From Candidatus Omnitrophota bacterium (lineage in GTDB: Bacteria; Omnitrophota; Gorgyraeia; Zapsychrales; Fredricksoniimonadaceae), in contig CAWHFJ010000010.1 of assembly GCA_963828495.1 (NCBI GenBank), positions 1 to 57,414 on the forward strand: DNA of 57,414 nucleotides, written 5' to 3'. The position numbers and the translations under genes were made by a program. The notes below the pieces were generated by a model. The model was not told the origin of the DNA. It worked only from the letters and a program-made list of their open reading frames with translations, and searched no databases. This document shows, piece by piece, positions 42,922 to 54,703 of the stretch; the first letter of the stretch is position 1, and each line of letters starts with the position of its first letter.

Positions 42922-44436
42922 TTATGCCTTAAATGTGCTTTTGACCTCTTCCAACAATTTTTTCAACGCCGCCTTGACCTCATCGGTCATGGTCAAACTT
43001 TTATTAAATAACTCTACAAACCCGCCATACCGGCTGTCTATCTGAACGGATAAATACTCTTCAAAATCGCGCACACGATTGACCGGCATGTCGTCTAGAA
43101 AACCGTTAGTCCCCGCAAAAATAATAGCCACCTGCTTGGCCACCGGTATGGGCATGTTAATGCCCTGTTTGATGACTTCCATTAAACGCCTGCCGCGATC
43201 CAGTTGTTTACGGGTCGCCGGGTCCAAATCAGAAGCAAATTGCGAGAAAGCGGCGAGCTCTCTGTATTGGGCCAAATCCAGACGCAAGGAGCCGGCTGTC
43301 TGTTTCATCGCTTTAACCTGGGCGTCGCCTCCGACACGGGAAACTGAAATACCGGGGTTGATGGCCGGACGCTGACCCGCGTTAAAAAGGTCGCCTTCCA
43401 GGAAAATTTGTCCGTCGGTAATGGAAATCACGTTAGTCGGTATATACGCCGACACATCACCTTCCTGGGTTTCGATAATAGGCAAAGCGGTCAGGCTCCC
43501 CGCACCTTTTTGATCGGAGAGCTTGGCCGCACGCTCCAGAAGACGGCCATGCAAATAAAAAATATCTCCCGGATAAGCTTCCCGGCCCGGCGGACGGCGC
43601 AGCAAAAGCGACAACTGCCGATACGATTGGGCGTGTTTAGTCAAATCATCATAAATGACTAACGCATGTTTGCCATGATCACGATAATATTCAGCCATGG
43701 CGCAACCCGCGTAAGGCGCCAAATATTGCATAGGGGCAGGGTCAGAGGCCGTGGCCGCAACAATAGTGGTGTACTCCATGGCCCCGAACTTGCGTAAAGT
43801 TTCATAAACCTGGACCACCGTCGATCTTTTTTGGCCGATAGCCACATAAAAACAGTATACGCCTTGGCCTTTTTGATTGATGATAGTATCAATAGCCAGG
43901 GTGGTCTTGCCGGTTTTGCGATCGCCGATAATCAATTCCCTCTGTCCGCGGCCGATGGGTGTCAGGGCATCAATGACCTTGACTCCAGTTTGTATGGGCT
44001 CATGCACGTTTTTACGGTCAATGACACCCGGCGCTTTAACTTCAATAGGCTGCATGATATTGGCTATAAACCCGGGTTTGCCATCGATAGGAACGCCTAA
44101 AGCATCCACAATACGGCCTAAAAGACATTCCCCGGCAGGAACAGAAGCGATTTTACCGGTGCGTTTGACTTCATCCCCTTCCTTGATATGCGTGTCCTGG
44201 CCAAATATAGCGACCCCCACATTACTCTCTTCCAAATTCAAAACAAGGCCCTGAATACCGCCGGAAAATTCTATCAACTCTCCGGCCATAACATTATCCA
44301 GCCCATAGACACGCGCGATACCATCGCCGACATTGAGCACAGTGCCGACTTCATGGGTTTGCACTTTACTGGTAAAATCAGCTAATTGCTGTTTGAGAAT
44401 GGAAGATATTTCATCCGCATTTAAATGTTCTGACAT
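42922..44436 (-). CDS. atpA: ATP synthase alpha subunit
   Basis: [20 protein letters not shown]. Confidence 0.97.
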   Translation of the reverse strand: MSEHLNADEISSILKQQLADFTSKVQTHEVGTVLNVGDGIARVYGLDNVMAGELIEFSGGIQGLVLNLEESNVGVAIFGQDTHIKEGDEVKRTGKIASVPAGECLLGRIVDALGVPIDGKPGFIANIMQPIEVKAPGVIDRKNVHEPIQTGVKVIDALTPIGRGQRELIIGDRKTGKTTLAIDTIINQKGQGVYCFYVAIGQKRSTVVQVYETLRKFGAMEYTTIVAATASDPAPMQYLAPYAGCAMAEYYRDHGKHALVIYDDLTKHAQSYRQLSLLLRRPPGREAYPGDIFYLHGRLLERAAKLSDQKGAGSLTALPIIETQEGDVSAYIPTNVISITDGQIFLEGDLFNAGQRPAINPGISVSRVGGDAQVKAMKQTAGSLRLDLAQYRELAAFSQFASDLDPATRKQLDRGRRLMEVIKQGINMPIPVAKQVAIIFAGTNGFLDDMPVNRVRDFEEYLSVQIDSRYGGFVELFNKSLTMTDEVKAALKKLLEEVKSTFKA

Positions 44437-44456
44437 ATGATCCTTTTGTAAATCAG

Positions 44457-44984
44457 TTATATGGACTGTTGAAGAAATCCATTTAATTGGTTTTTAAAAC
44501 TATAATCATACACTTGGCCCTGAGCATAAATACGAAAGCCGCCCAACAAAGAAGGCTCCAAATCCCACCGGGTAATCATGCGCTGGTGAAATTTATCCTG
44601 TAGATGTTGATTGATAAAAATTTTGTCCCCTTCTTTGAGGGGGAATGCCGTTTTAACAAGGGCGCGCAACTGATGAGTGCTGGATAAGTATAAACCGTCA
44701 AAAGATTCAATGATCTCCTGCAGCATATTCAGACGATTTTTGTGCATAATAAATAATAAAAACCTGTACACCACATCCGGGATTTTTCCTTCAAATAAAG
44801 CTTTTAAAATGGCCCCGCGCTCCTCGAAAGAAAACAAAGGATTTCTCAAAAACCACCTAAAATCTTTCAGATCAACCATTAAACTGGCGATATGCGTCAA
44901 AGCCGCTTGCGCAATTTCCAGGTTGTTTTGTTCCTGGACGGTGTCAAACAGTGCTTTGGCATAACGATTGGCAGTTTGGCTCAT
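44457..44984 (-). CDS. atpH: ATP synthase delta subunit
   Basis: [14 protein letters not shown]; operon position. Confidence 0.88.
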   Translation of the reverse strand: MSQTANRYAKALFDTVQEQNNLEIAQAALTHIASLMVDLKDFRWFLRNPLFSFEERGAILKALFEGKIPDVVYRFLLFIMHKNRLNMLQEIIESFDGLYLSSTHQLRALVKTAFPLKEGDKIFINQHLQDKFHQRMITRWDLEPSLLGGFRIYAQGQVYDYSFKNQLNGFLQQSI

Positions 44985-44996
44985 AAGGGATTAGTT

Positions 44997-45521
44997 TTAT
45001 AAGTCCTTGATGGCTTGATTAATTAAATTACGGTTCTTTTGGGTATCTAAACTTTCTTTCAGGATTTTCTCAGCCAAAGTGACTGCTGTCTGGACACTTT
45101 CTTTTTTAAGTGCTTGACGCACACTTTCACGCTCTCCCTGGATTTCCTGATGAGCATTGACGATAATTTCTTCAGCGTTTTTCTTGGCCTTCTGTTCAAT
45201 TTGACCGGCCAGTTCATGGCCCGTTTGACGGGACTGCTCGATGATCGTATTGGCCTTATCCTTGGCTTCATCAAGGATTTTGGCCTTGGCTATTTCCATC
45301 TGGGCTAATTGCTCTTTGATCTTGTCCGCATCTTGAAGAGATTTACGGATATACTCTTCCCGTTTCTTCAACCCCTCCAAAATAGGTTTCCAGGCAAATT
45401 TTTGCAGAATAAAAAGAAGAGCAAAGAACGTCACCCAGGTTAAAATAACCATGAGTGTTTCAGGCGTCAAAAGACCAGAACTCCCCCCGGATGCGGCATG
45501 CCCCATAGCTGTATTTTCCAT
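44997..45521 (-). CDS. atpF: ATP synthase b subunit
   Basis: TM plus KFAWKPILEGLKKRE coiled coil. Confidence 0.9.
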   Translation of the reverse strand: MENTAMGHAASGGSSGLLTPETLMVILTWVTFFALLFILQKFAWKPILEGLKKREEYIRKSLQDADKIKEQLAQMEIAKAKILDEAKDKANTIIEQSRQTGHELAGQIEQKAKKNAEEIIVNAHQEIQGERESVRQALKKESVQTAVTLAEKILKESLDTQKNRNLINQAIKDL

Positions 45522-45558
45522 TGCCTTGATCCTTATTAGATAAACGGCCTATACAGTA

Positions 45559-45795
45559 TTACGATTGAAGCGCTAAAAAACAAAATACCGCGCACAATAA
45601 AGCCACCCCTTCAACTAAAGCAGCACCGACAAACATAAGGGTCTGAATTTTATCGGATTGCTCAGGCTGACGGGCAATACCGTTTAAAGCGGCCATGACG
45701 ATCATGCCCACGCCAAGACCGGCGCCGATCGAACACAGGCCAAACCCTATGCCGACAAAGAGTCTGCCTAAATGAGCTATTTCAAAAGATTGCAT
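45559..45795 (-). CDS. atpE: ATP synthase c subunit
   Basis: GAGLGVG, ARQPE, LVEG. Confidence 0.95.
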   Translation of the reverse strand: MQSFEIAHLGRLFVGIGFGLCSIGAGLGVGMIVMAALNGIARQPEQSDKIQTLMFVGAALVEGVALLCAVFCFLALQS

Positions 45796-45811
45796 ATTGT
45801 TTCCTTTCTGT

Positions 45812-46576
45812 TTAATGTTCCGGATGATACATTTGACCTATGAAAACAGCCGATAATAACACAAAAATATACGCTTGTAAAAAAACAATCAACAGCTCCA
45901 ATAAAGATATGCCTACGGCCAAAATAACGGCCGGCAGGGCCCACAGGCCGAACATGACCACCATGCCCAGCAAAGATAAAATGAGCATATGCCCGGCCAA
46001 CATATTAGCAAAAAGACGGATCATTAAGGCAAATGTTTTTATAAACATACTGACAAATTCCATCAGAAAAATAAAGGGCAATATAATTTTAGGCACACCG
46101 GCAGGCATAAAGGCTTTGACAAAACCTCCAAAGCCGTTTTTACGCACAGTATCTGCCGTCATAAAATAAAACGTGATCAGGGCTAAGGGCGCCGTGACAC
46201 TGATATTGGCCGTAGCTGTTTCAAATAAAGGAATTTGCCCCAGAAGGTTCAGCCCCAGAATAAAGAAAAACATGGTGCACAATAACGGGGTCAAACGCTC
46301 CCCTTCCTGCTCTCCTAAAGAAGGAATAGCAATGCCATCCCGCACAAATTGAACAAAGGCTTCCAAAAGATTGGTCAAGCCCGAGGGCACCCTGTCTTGA
46401 CGCCGATAAAACACGCAAAAAACAACTATTAAAATCAACGCACAAACAATCAGCATAAGGCCATGCAAAGGCAGGAAAGCCGGCAATGGAATGGGCCTCA
46501 AAAACGGCAGATGCCATTCATGGGAATTCATGACATGGCTCATGATATATTCAGTTAAATTAAAAGCATGATTCAT
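45812..46576 (-). CDS. atpB: ATP synthase a subunit
   Basis: IRLFANMLAGH, FLQAYIF. Confidence 0.93.
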   Translation of the reverse strand: MNHAFNLTEYIMSHVMNSHEWHLPFLRPIPLPAFLPLHGLMLIVCALILIVVFCVFYRRQDRVPSGLTNLLEAFVQFVRDGIAIPSLGEQEGERLTPLLCTMFFFILGLNLLGQIPLFETATANISVTAPLALITFYFMTADTVRKNGFGGFVKAFMPAGVPKIILPFIFLMEFVSMFIKTFALMIRLFANMLAGHMLILSLLGMVVMFGLWALPAVILAVGISLLELLIVFLQAYIFVLLSAVFIGQMYHPEH

Positions 46577-46776
46577 CGTCTTAAAACCCTCCAAACTTCA
46601 TAAACACAGTACATAATGCCTAAAAAAGCCCCCACGAGCGTACAAACCGCAAACGTATGAAATTTTTGGTCCAGCCACCAGCCTGCCCAAGTCAAAAATA
46701 CAATCCCGCCGCCTATGCTCCAAAGTCGTGACAAAAGAGCATAATCAGGACGATGGTCAGGAGATTTATCCGGCAT
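46573..46776 (-). CDS. AtpZ/AtpI-family small membrane protein
   Basis: GWWLDQKFHT motif, two TM helices, first gene of the atp cluster. Confidence 0.75.
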   Translation of the reverse strand: MPDKSPDHRPDYALLSRLWSIGGGIVFLTWAGWWLDQKFHTFAVCTLVGAFLGIMYCVYEVWRVLRR

Positions 46777-47821
46777 ATAAAAAGAAATCGGAATTGGGGT
46801 TATTCTGTAATTTTAAAATTTTATTATTAAACTCCAGGATTTTCCGGCGGATGATGGCCTCGACTTGGGGCAGGGCCATCTCACGCTTTTTCATACTGTT
46901 GTCCACAACCTCACCTAAATCGTCGATAGAACTTAAAATAACCCCCGGCAAGTTTTTGACCCGGGGGTCAATGTTACGCGGCATGGAGATATCCATCAAA
47001 ACCAACGGACGCCCTGCACGCATTTTCATTATATGGGCGATTTGCTCATAATCCAGAATAAAATGCGGAGCGCCCACGGCGCAAAAACAAACGTCGACCT
47101 CGCTTAAAATATCTTTAATGTCCCAAAAACAAGCCGCAACGGCCTTATATTGGGCCGCCAGATGTTCGGCTTTTTGGCCGGTACGGTTCATCAAATATAT
47201 TTTTTTAACTCCCAGATGATGAAGGTAATTAAGGGCCATTTCCCCCATTTTACCGGCACCGATGACCAAAAGTGATTTGTCCTGCAAATGACCGATAATT
47301 TGTTCCGCCCTATTAATCGCCGCCCAACTAACCGACGAGCCTCCATGACCGATGGCTGTTTCGTGTTGGGCTTTTTTACCGGTGCGTATAGCTATTTGAG
47401 TTAAAATATTAAAGTAACGCGATAAAGTGCCTAACTGACGGGCGCGCTCAACCGCGCTTTTAACTTGGCCTAAAATTTGTGTTTCTCCCAGTATCAGGGA
47501 TTCCAGGCCGCAAGCCACCCTCAAGAGATGATCCAAGGCCTGGGGCCCTTCATAAACATAAATATAAGAAGAAACATCAAGGCCAACACTGATCTTTTTA
47601 ATTTTAGTCATTAAAGCAATGACAAAAGAAGCGTCGAGGGACGTGTCCACCCGCTTTAAATAAACTTCAACCCGGTTACAGGTGGAAAGCACAAACGCTT
47701 CCGTGACTAACGGATGATTTTTAAGTTCGCTTAACAGCAAATCCTGCTGGTGGGGATTTAAATAAAATTTCTCCCGGATTTCGATGGGCGCTGTTTTGTG
47801 GCTTAAACCGACGATTAACAT
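46766..47821 (-). CDS. hemA: Glutamyl-tRNA reductase (short C-terminus)
   Basis: GLSHKTAP, LSTCNRVE, GETQILGQVK, GAGKMG, DISMPRNID. Confidence 0.93.
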   Translation of the reverse strand: MLIVGLSHKTAPIEIREKFYLNPHQQDLLLSELKNHPLVTEAFVLSTCNRVEVYLKRVDTSLDASFVIALMTKIKKISVGLDVSSYIYVYEGPQALDHLLRVACGLESLILGETQILGQVKSAVERARQLGTLSRYFNILTQIAIRTGKKAQHETAIGHGGSSVSWAAINRAEQIIGHLQDKSLLVIGAGKMGEMALNYLHHLGVKKIYLMNRTGQKAEHLAAQYKAVAACFWDIKDILSEVDVCFCAVGAPHFILDYEQIAHIMKMRAGRPLVLMDISMPRNIDPRVKNLPGVILSSIDDLGEVVDNSMKKREMALPQVEAIIRRKILEFNNKILKLQNNPNSDFFLYAG

Positions 47822-47833
47822 AAAAAATCGGAC

Positions 47834-48256
47834 TTAGGACTCTTTGCGGTAAAAATTAATGAGGTCTAGAAACAGATTTGGATTAAACGCACCTAAATAT
47901 TCTTTGGCCCCGGCTTCCTCTGTGGCAATTTTCATGTACTGCACGGCCATCATCTGGGCCCGAATGGCGAAATGGTCCTGGGCTACCGGGTTGGGGACAT
48001 AGTACGTCAGAATAGCTGTCTTTCTAAAAGAAGGCAGGCTTTTAAGTTTCCTGATCATTTCATCAGCAGGGATCTGGGGCATAAGAAGATCGATAAAAAT
48101 AATGTCCGGAGTGCATTTGAGGGCATCTTGCAAAAGCGCCTCGCTATCGGAACAATAATAGCCGCTCCATTGCGGCATCTTGTCGAGTAGATTCTTGCAA
48201 GAGGTCAAGACTTCCTGAGTGCCGCTAATAAGAATTTTAGTTTTCTGGTCCAGCAT
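47834..48256 (-). CDS. Single-domain response regulator (atypical receiver)
   Basis: PDIIFIDLLMP with phospho-acceptor Asp; usual acidic pair and KP motif absent. Confidence 0.65.
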   Translation of the reverse strand: MLDQKTKILISGTQEVLTSCKNLLDKMPQWSGYYCSDSEALLQDALKCTPDIIFIDLLMPQIPADEMIRKLKSLPSFRKTAILTYYVPNPVAQDHFAIRAQMMAVQYMKIATEEAGAKEYLGAFNPNLFLDLINFYRKES

Positions 48257-48438
48257 CTGGTATAACCCTGTCTATAAAACAAAAAATTGTAAACTCAATA
48301 AAACTTTTAAATTGGAACATCTAATATGAGTATAACCGATATAAAAGAATAAAACAACATCAAGTTCCAAAAATTTGGGAAGATTAGCGAAGAGCTAAAT
48401 GCGATTTTTAAAGGAGCAGGACCTTGTCCATGCGCCGG

Positions 48439-49602
48439 CTATACCCGCCAGCTAAAATAAGGCCAAAGATTCTGGTTTTTATGGCTGTCATACTCAATAA
48501 AGCCATCGGCTTGGGCCAAAGCCACAAAATCACCGGACCCGGCAATGGGGACTAAACGTCCTTGAGAAACCGGTAAAAATTGGGTTAAATCAGATTGAAT
48601 ATTAATTTTATCATGGACAGCCATATATTCCTGTTTGACCTCCAAACCGCTGGCTTTTCTTAAATAAGGAATAACATAACGGTAGGCGCAGATTTGGGTC
48701 GATACGGGATTGCCCGGCAAAGCAAAAACCGGTTTACCATTTTTAGCAATCCCAAACCAAAAAGGTTGTCCGGGTTTTTGGGAAACTTTATGAAAAATTT
48801 GTTTAATGCCCAGTTGCCCAAGAACACTGGGGACATAATCAAATTCTCCCATGGATACTCCGCCGCTGAGTATCAATACGTCGAACTTACTTAAAATATT
48901 TTTAATGGTTTCCAGCATGTGTCTTTGATTATCACGCAGATGAAAAATTTGGGTCTCGCCCAGTTGGGCCTGGGTCAATAAAGCCCGTAGCGCATAGGCG
49001 TTGGACATACGGGTTTGATACTGTTTAATAGGCTTATGAATATCCACCAGCTCATCCCCTGTAGAAATCACCGCAATTTTAGGAATGGCGCTTACCTTGA
49101 TTTTGACTTTTCCCACACTGGCGGCAACCCCGATATGCGGCGCCCACAGACGAAGTCCGGACTTTAGCAACACTTCCCCTTTTTTACCGTCAGCCGCCTG
49201 AAAACGAATAAACTGGTTCTTCTTAACCATCGTCCAATCTCTGGCCTGTGCCGTGTCCCCCTCCAGATTAATTTGTTCAACGGGGATCACACAGTCACAA
49301 CCTTTAGGGATGACGGCCCCGGTCATGATATGCACGCCATGGGCAATATTTTTTAAAGCCTTAGGCGCAATGCCCGGCGGCACAACAGCTTCCACAGGGA
49401 ATGTCCGTGCCCCTTTTTGCCAGGAGTCAAAAACAATGGCCATGCCGTCCGTCAGGCTTTTATTAAAAGGAGGTTGGTCTCGGTCGCTTTGGATATTTTC
49501 GCGCAATACGCGTCCGATGGCTTTTTCTAGAGGGACAATTTCAAAAGGAAAAAGTTTGGCATGATGCAGAATAAGTCTGTAGGCTTCTACAGGAGCAAGC
49601 AC
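48439..49602 (-). CDS. moeA: Molybdopterin molybdotransferase
   Basis: STGDEL, SGGVSMGEFD, LPGNPVS. Confidence 0.93.
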   Translation of the reverse strand: MLAPVEAYRLILHHAKLFPFEIVPLEKAIGRVLRENIQSDRDQPPFNKSLTDGMAIVFDSWQKGARTFPVEAVVPPGIAPKALKNIAHGVHIMTGAVIPKGCDCVIPVEQINLEGDTAQARDWTMVKKNQFIRFQAADGKKGEVLLKSGLRLWAPHIGVAASVGKVKIKVSAIPKIAVISTGDELVDIHKPIKQYQTRMSNAYALRALLTQAQLGETQIFHLRDNQRHMLETIKNILSKFDVLILSGGVSMGEFDYVPSVLGQLGIKQIFHKVSQKPGQPFWFGIAKNGKPVFALPGNPVSTQICAYRYVIPYLRKASGLEVKQEYMAVHDKINIQSDLTQFLPVSQGRLVPIAGSGDFVALAQADGFIEYDSHKNQNLWPYFSWRV

Positions 49603-49646
49603 ATCAATATTATCTCACAGATTACGCAGATAGCAAGTGTGGCCTA

Positions 49647-50612
49647 TCAACCACATGCCTCAATCAAATACCCCTCTTTCTTATCATATCCGTTGAGCTT
49701 CAAAATCGAAGTCACTAGTCTGCCTTTTTTATTCTTGTTGCTTTTTTGAATATAAACCAACAAGTTGACTGCTTCCGCTATAGCCTCAGGCACACAAACA
49801 ACCCCAGATTCCATCATTAATTGTTCTAATCGTAAAAGCCCGCTTTGGGCGGAATTCGCATGCACGGTGCTTACACCCCCCGGATGGCCGGTATTCCAAG
49901 CCTTAATCAGCGAATACGCCTCTTTACCGCGCACTTCGCCGATGATAATTCTATCCGGCCTTATACGCATACAATCAAAGATCAAATCATTCATTGTTTT
50001 TGTCGGTGATACTCCGCATAGTCACAGAATCTTTGACATTGCATTTGAGTTCCTGAGTATCTTCAATAATGATAATTCTATCGTCGGGATGTGTCCGGCA
50101 ATGCAATCCAAAATCGCATTACAGAATGTTGTTTTACCTGATTGCGTGCCGCCCACGACCAAAATGGACATTCTTTTTCCCACAGACTCTTTTATTATTA
50201 TCTCTTGCTGTGCTGTTAATATTTCGTCTTTTACATAATCTTCCAATGGGATGACCGACCCCGCGCGTTTTCTGATAGCAAACGCCGGATATGACACGAC
50301 CGGTGGGATAAAAGCTTGAAATCGGAATAATTTAAACTCATCATTGATTTCAACCCAGAGTTCCCCTCCAAAACTGGGATTCTTATACGTGATGATTTCA
50401 TCTGATACGCTGGCGACCGTGTTAATCAAATTTTTCGCCGCCGCAGCCGTCATTAACCCATATTCGTGTTTACCTTTATAGCCATCGACCCACAAGGTCC
50501 CGTCAGGATTAAGTAAAATTTCATAAATCTCTTCATCCGCAAGTGCCGATAAAACAAGCTGACCTAAATCTTGTTTTAATTTATTTTGCGTCCGCGAGTG
50601 TTCCCTCAGCAT
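49647..50612 (-). CDS. trbB: P-type conjugative ATPase TrbB/VirB11, frameshifted near 50050
   Basis: EILLNPDG, GGTQSGKTT, RPDRIIIGEVRG, AWNTGHPGG.STVHAN. Confidence 0.88.
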
Positions 50613-50770
50613 CTTTGATCTCCTCCAACACAATGTCTTTCATAACAATGATCTTAAATTTATACCCCGGATCAATGATCAGCGTCGGTTGAACATCCAT
50701 GTTTTTCTGTAACGTCTGCCCGCTGACATCCGCCAGCTTTTGGCCAACACTGGCCGCGACAGTCTCCCTG
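50581..50770 (-). CDS. C-terminal fragment of TrbI/VirB10 (not in ORF track)
   Basis: Translates to SVGQKLADVSGQTLQKNMDVQPTLIIDPGYKFKIIVMKDIVL, the VirB10 C-terminal motif; cut at junction. Confidence 0.75.
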
Positions 50771-51953
50771 GTTCGCCATGGCGGTGATGTCCCTTGCGGT
50801 TAATGAGGACTCCCGAATCGTGCAACGTCGCCGCGGCTTCCAGAATTGTCCTCGATTCAAGATCCAGCCGATGATAAGGCCAAAGTTTGTCGAAAAGCTG
50901 CAATGCCAGGGAGCGAACTTGTTGCGCATGTTTTAGATCGCAGTGCACGCGGCACGCGAAGGATTCCGCCCCGGCGAGGATGACCTGCGAGTGCTTTCGC
51001 TGTTCCGGAGTAGGCGCTGGGGGCAACATTTGAGCGGCCGCCAAATTGTAAAGCAATCCTTCGCGCACGCCCACGCGCGGCGTAATCATTTGCTGAAGCC
51101 GCAACCAGCGGGCCACCGTAACGAGGACGATGGCCGGACACCCATAACTTCGGAACGGTCCGGACGTACGCCGAAGAGGCTCATTCGTCCTTCGACGTCG
51201 AGCTGGAGGATCTGCCAGAGCCGGTCGTTCAGCAGTCTGGGACTCAATGTCGCTAATCCGCCCACCCGGGTGCCGGGAGCAATCGTCGCGAGGGTCTCGG
51301 CATTTCCTCCGCAGGCGACAGCGAGGGATGTGGCGATGCGGGGTCTGTTCGGAACCGCGCTCTGTAGACGGACCACACATGTGAACGGATTTCATTCGCA
51401 GTGTTCTCATGGATCACGCCCTGCGCCTTGAAGGCTTCCATCAGGCGCACCGTGCAGAGGCAATCCGGTACTTTCCTGCAGTACTCCGTTCCGCAGTACG
51501 TTCAGCTCGAGGCTGCCTCCGCCGAGATCGAGAATGAATCGTGGCGAATCGTAGTTGCGCATCGCGCGAAGCGCAGCCAGGCAGACTAGACGGGCTTCTT
51601 CATCTCCTGAAATAATTTCGAGATTAATCTGTGCGTACTGGCGAATCCGCTCGATCAAAACATGGCGGTTGCCTGCTTCGCGTGCGGCGCTGGTGGCGAC
51701 GGCACGATAGGCCGTGACGCCATGCCGGTCCATGATTTTCCTGAATTCGCGAAATGCGGCTGTCGCGTCGCGAGGGTCTGCGATCAAGTAGTCCGGAAGT
51801 GAACGCCGAATGCCCAAGCCGCACGGGAGCGCGCACCGATTCCACGATCTCCCATTCGTCAATGGAGCGCACATTGGAGACAATCAGGCGGAACGCGTTC
51901 GATCCCGCGTCGATCGCGGCCAGGTGGATAGGTTTGGGTAGTCTCAGCGCCAC
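50771..51953 (-). CDS. ppx: Ppx/GppA exopolyphosphatase, frameshifted, truncated at junction
   Basis: AAIDAGSNAFR, VATSAAREA, DLGGGSLE, GVREG, HD-domain LHDSG..HHRHG. Confidence 0.88.
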
Positions 51954-52736
51954 AGTGAGGCCAGTGCTGCCGATGGCCTGTAATGAGTCCGTGTAATCCC
52001 AAGATGGCTGGCGATCCGTTTCCGGAGTTCCGTATTCACAGCGGCCACACTGGCCTCGCCATCCATCGCAAGAAATCCGTGCTGCTCGGAAAGCATCTCG
52101 AATTCCTTCTTAATTTTTGCCTGGTACATGATGAACGATTGGAACAAATCGTCGGAAAGCGAAAGGTCGCGTCCCGATTCCCAGTAGCTGATCGTGTGAG
52201 ATTTTCTGAATTCGCGTTCAAACGCCGCCTCCGGCCGCACATTCAACCAGAACGTCAATCCGGCCGCAGGGCCATTTCGTAAAGCCCGTTCAATATTCGC
52301 GCTGAATGCCACGCGCGGCCGCCCGCGCAATCGAGTATAAGAAATACCGGTCCGCGAGGACAACAAAATCCGAACGAAGTGCGGGAATGATACGGTGTCC
52401 GAGCTGGTCGTAAAAATCGGTCGCGTACATTAACGTAAGCGTCATGCGCGTGATCGTGTTTTCGGCCAGCAGGGCGTCAATGTCTTTTGCGACCAGGCCG
52501 GACCTCCGCAGCCCCATCGTTTCCACGGCGAAGCCTTCCGATTCCAGCCATTCGGTGAGCAGAGCGATTTGCGTCGAGCGGCCGGACCGTCCATGCCTTC
52601 GATCACAATCAGCGAGCCACCGAATACCCGTCTTCAACGGCCGGCAGGGTAGCCCGTAGTTGCGCGGCGTCGCTCCGGGGGGTGCGAGGTCAGGTTTTTC
52701 ATGGTTGCCTTTTCGGCTCTTCCCAGTTGTCTTCAT
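51944..52736 (-). CDS. Thymidylate-kinase-like protein 2, frameshifted
   Basis: GSGRSTQ P-loop variant, YATDF, VLADRY, SYWESGRDL. Confidence 0.75.
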
Positions 52737-53506
52737 GGAAGGGGCCTCCGTCCCGCCCGCTTCGGAGCGAATCGTGACAGATCGATGCGCGACTTTACGA
52801 ACTGGCGCATCTGCTTCTGGAGTTTGTTCACGGGAAGCGTTCCGTCCATCACCACAAAGTGGTCGGATTCGATCATTTCGTCGTACTGCGCGAGAATACG
52901 GCCCTGAAAAATCCGGAAGCTTTCCGCGCGGTCCAGCGAAAGATTCAGGTCCATTCCGGCTTCATAATGCTTGAGTTTGGGGCGCCCGCTCATGATGCGG
53001 TTGACGGCCACGTCCAGAGGGGCGCGAAAGTAAAATGTGATGTCGGGGACGGGAGCGAACCGGTAAAGATTCCTCAGCCATCGTGGAGAACAATTGCGCG
53101 CAACGTCCCGCGCAAACGCCGTGTAAACATACCTGTCCGCCAGAACCAGATACCCGCTGTGCAGGAGCGGGAGAATTTGCCGTTCGCAGCGGTCTGCAAA
53201 ATCGGCGGCATGGAGCAGTGAAAATGTTGTGGGAGTCAGTAACCGCCGCTGTTTCCCGCGCCGGGTGGCGGATTTTACCAGAGGAGAAGAATTCCATTCC
53301 GTGAAGTGCAAACGATAACCGCCAATTTCCAGCCACCGTTTGAGCAAATAAAGCTGGGTGCTTTTTCCCGACCCGTCAATCCCTTCCACGACGATCAATG
53401 CCCCCGGGTAACCGCGGGCGGGCTCGAGCAATTGGGAGGCCTGGCTCGGGGCCTCCGCCGATTCAGTCAATGCGGAGTCGGTAGCTGAATCCGTGCGTGA
53501 GGCCAA
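52733..53506 (-). CDS. Thymidylate-kinase-like protein 1
   Basis: VEGIDGSGKSTQ, HAADFADR, LADRY, YEAGMD; TTG start at 53506 with GGAG RBS. Confidence 0.82.
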   Translation of the reverse strand: MASRTDSATDSALTESAEAPSQASQLLEPARGYPGALIVVEGIDGSGKSTQLYLLKRWLEIGGYRLHFTEWNSSPLVKSATRRGKQRRLLTPTTFSLLHAADFADRCERQILPLLHSGYLVLADRYVYTAFARDVARNCSPRWLRNLYRFAPVPDITFYFRAPLDVAVNRIMSGRPKLKHYEAGMDLNLSLDRAESFRIFQGRILAQYDEMIESDHFVVMDGTLPVNKLQKQMRQFVKSRIDLSRFAPKRAGRRPLP

Positions 53507-53632
53507 ATAAGTTTCTCCGCTGCGTATTATACGCACAGAATGTAAATTTATGGTTACAAGAACATGATGCCGTGATGAACGCGCCTCCCACCGCCAGTTG
53601 CAAAAGCGTTCTTGCCAAGGCAAACTATTTCC

Positions 53633-54627
53633 GTGAGTACGTACGACGTAATCTGCATCGGCGCGGGACCCACGGGGCTGGCATGCGCCATTGAAGCCAA
53701 GCGCGCAGGGATGCGTCCGCTGGTGATCGACAAGGGCGCGCTCTGCAATTCCATTTATCATTATCCGGTGAACATGGTGTTTTTCACCACGCCGGAGCTT
53801 CTGGAGATTGGCGACATTCCTCTTACAAGCGCGGCAGAAAAACCGACTCGCGTGGAAGCCCTCAAATATTACCGCAAATGCGTCGAGCACTTCGGGCTGG
53901 ACATGCGCCTCGGACATCGGGTGGAAAAGGTCGAAGGTTCGGACGGGCGATTCATCGTGCATACGCGGGCCGAGCGGGGAATTGTCGAGCAATTTCACGC
54001 CAAAAAGATTGCAGTCGCGACCGGATACTACGACCTGCCGAATCGTCTTGGTATTCCGGGGGAAGACTTGCCCCACGTTTCCCACTACTACACGGAACCG
54101 CATCCCTTCTGGCGGCAAAACGTGATCGTCATCGGCGGAAAAAATTCGGCCGCCGAGGCAGCTCTGGACCTCTACCGGTCGGGTTCCAACGTCACGATGA
54201 TCCACCGCAAGGCAGAACTCGGCTCGACGATCAAGTATTGGGTTCGTCCGGATATTGAAAATCGCATCAAGGCCGGCCAGATTCGCGCGCTCTTTGAAAC
54301 CGTGGTGAAACGCATTGAGCCAGGACACGTCTGGATCGCCAACGGATCGGGTGAAACGTCATTGCCCGCCGATCAAGTCTTCGCATTGACCGGCTATCAC
54401 CCCGATTTCGAATTCCTGCGCTCGATGGGCATCGCGCTGGATCGCGCAACAAACAGCCCGTTATGGACCCGCAAACACACGAAAGCAATGTGCCGGGAAT
54501 CTATGTCGCTGGAGTCGTCATCGGCGGGAATCACACCAGCGAGATATTCATCGAGAACGGCCGCTTCCACGGTAAACAGATAGCCGCTGCGCTAGCGGGC
54601 AAGCTGATCCCTTCCAACGCTTCTTGA
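53633..54627 (+). CDS. YpdA-family flavin disulfide reductase, frameshift near 54450
   Basis: IGAGPTG, YPVNMVFFTT, IGGKNSA, IKYWVRPDIENRI, FIENGRFHG in the shifted frame. Confidence 0.88.
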
Positions 54628-54703
54628 ATTCCGTTACCGATTCCTGGCCGATCGAGAATCTCCGATTTGCCGCCCAACCTCGACTTTGTTAGACTAGCTG
54701 GCG

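Noticed and set aside
53507-54328. 531-aa Tmk with a long N-terminal extension
   Set aside because: The extension is the antisense shadow of the YpdA gene; an RBS and TTG exist at 53506
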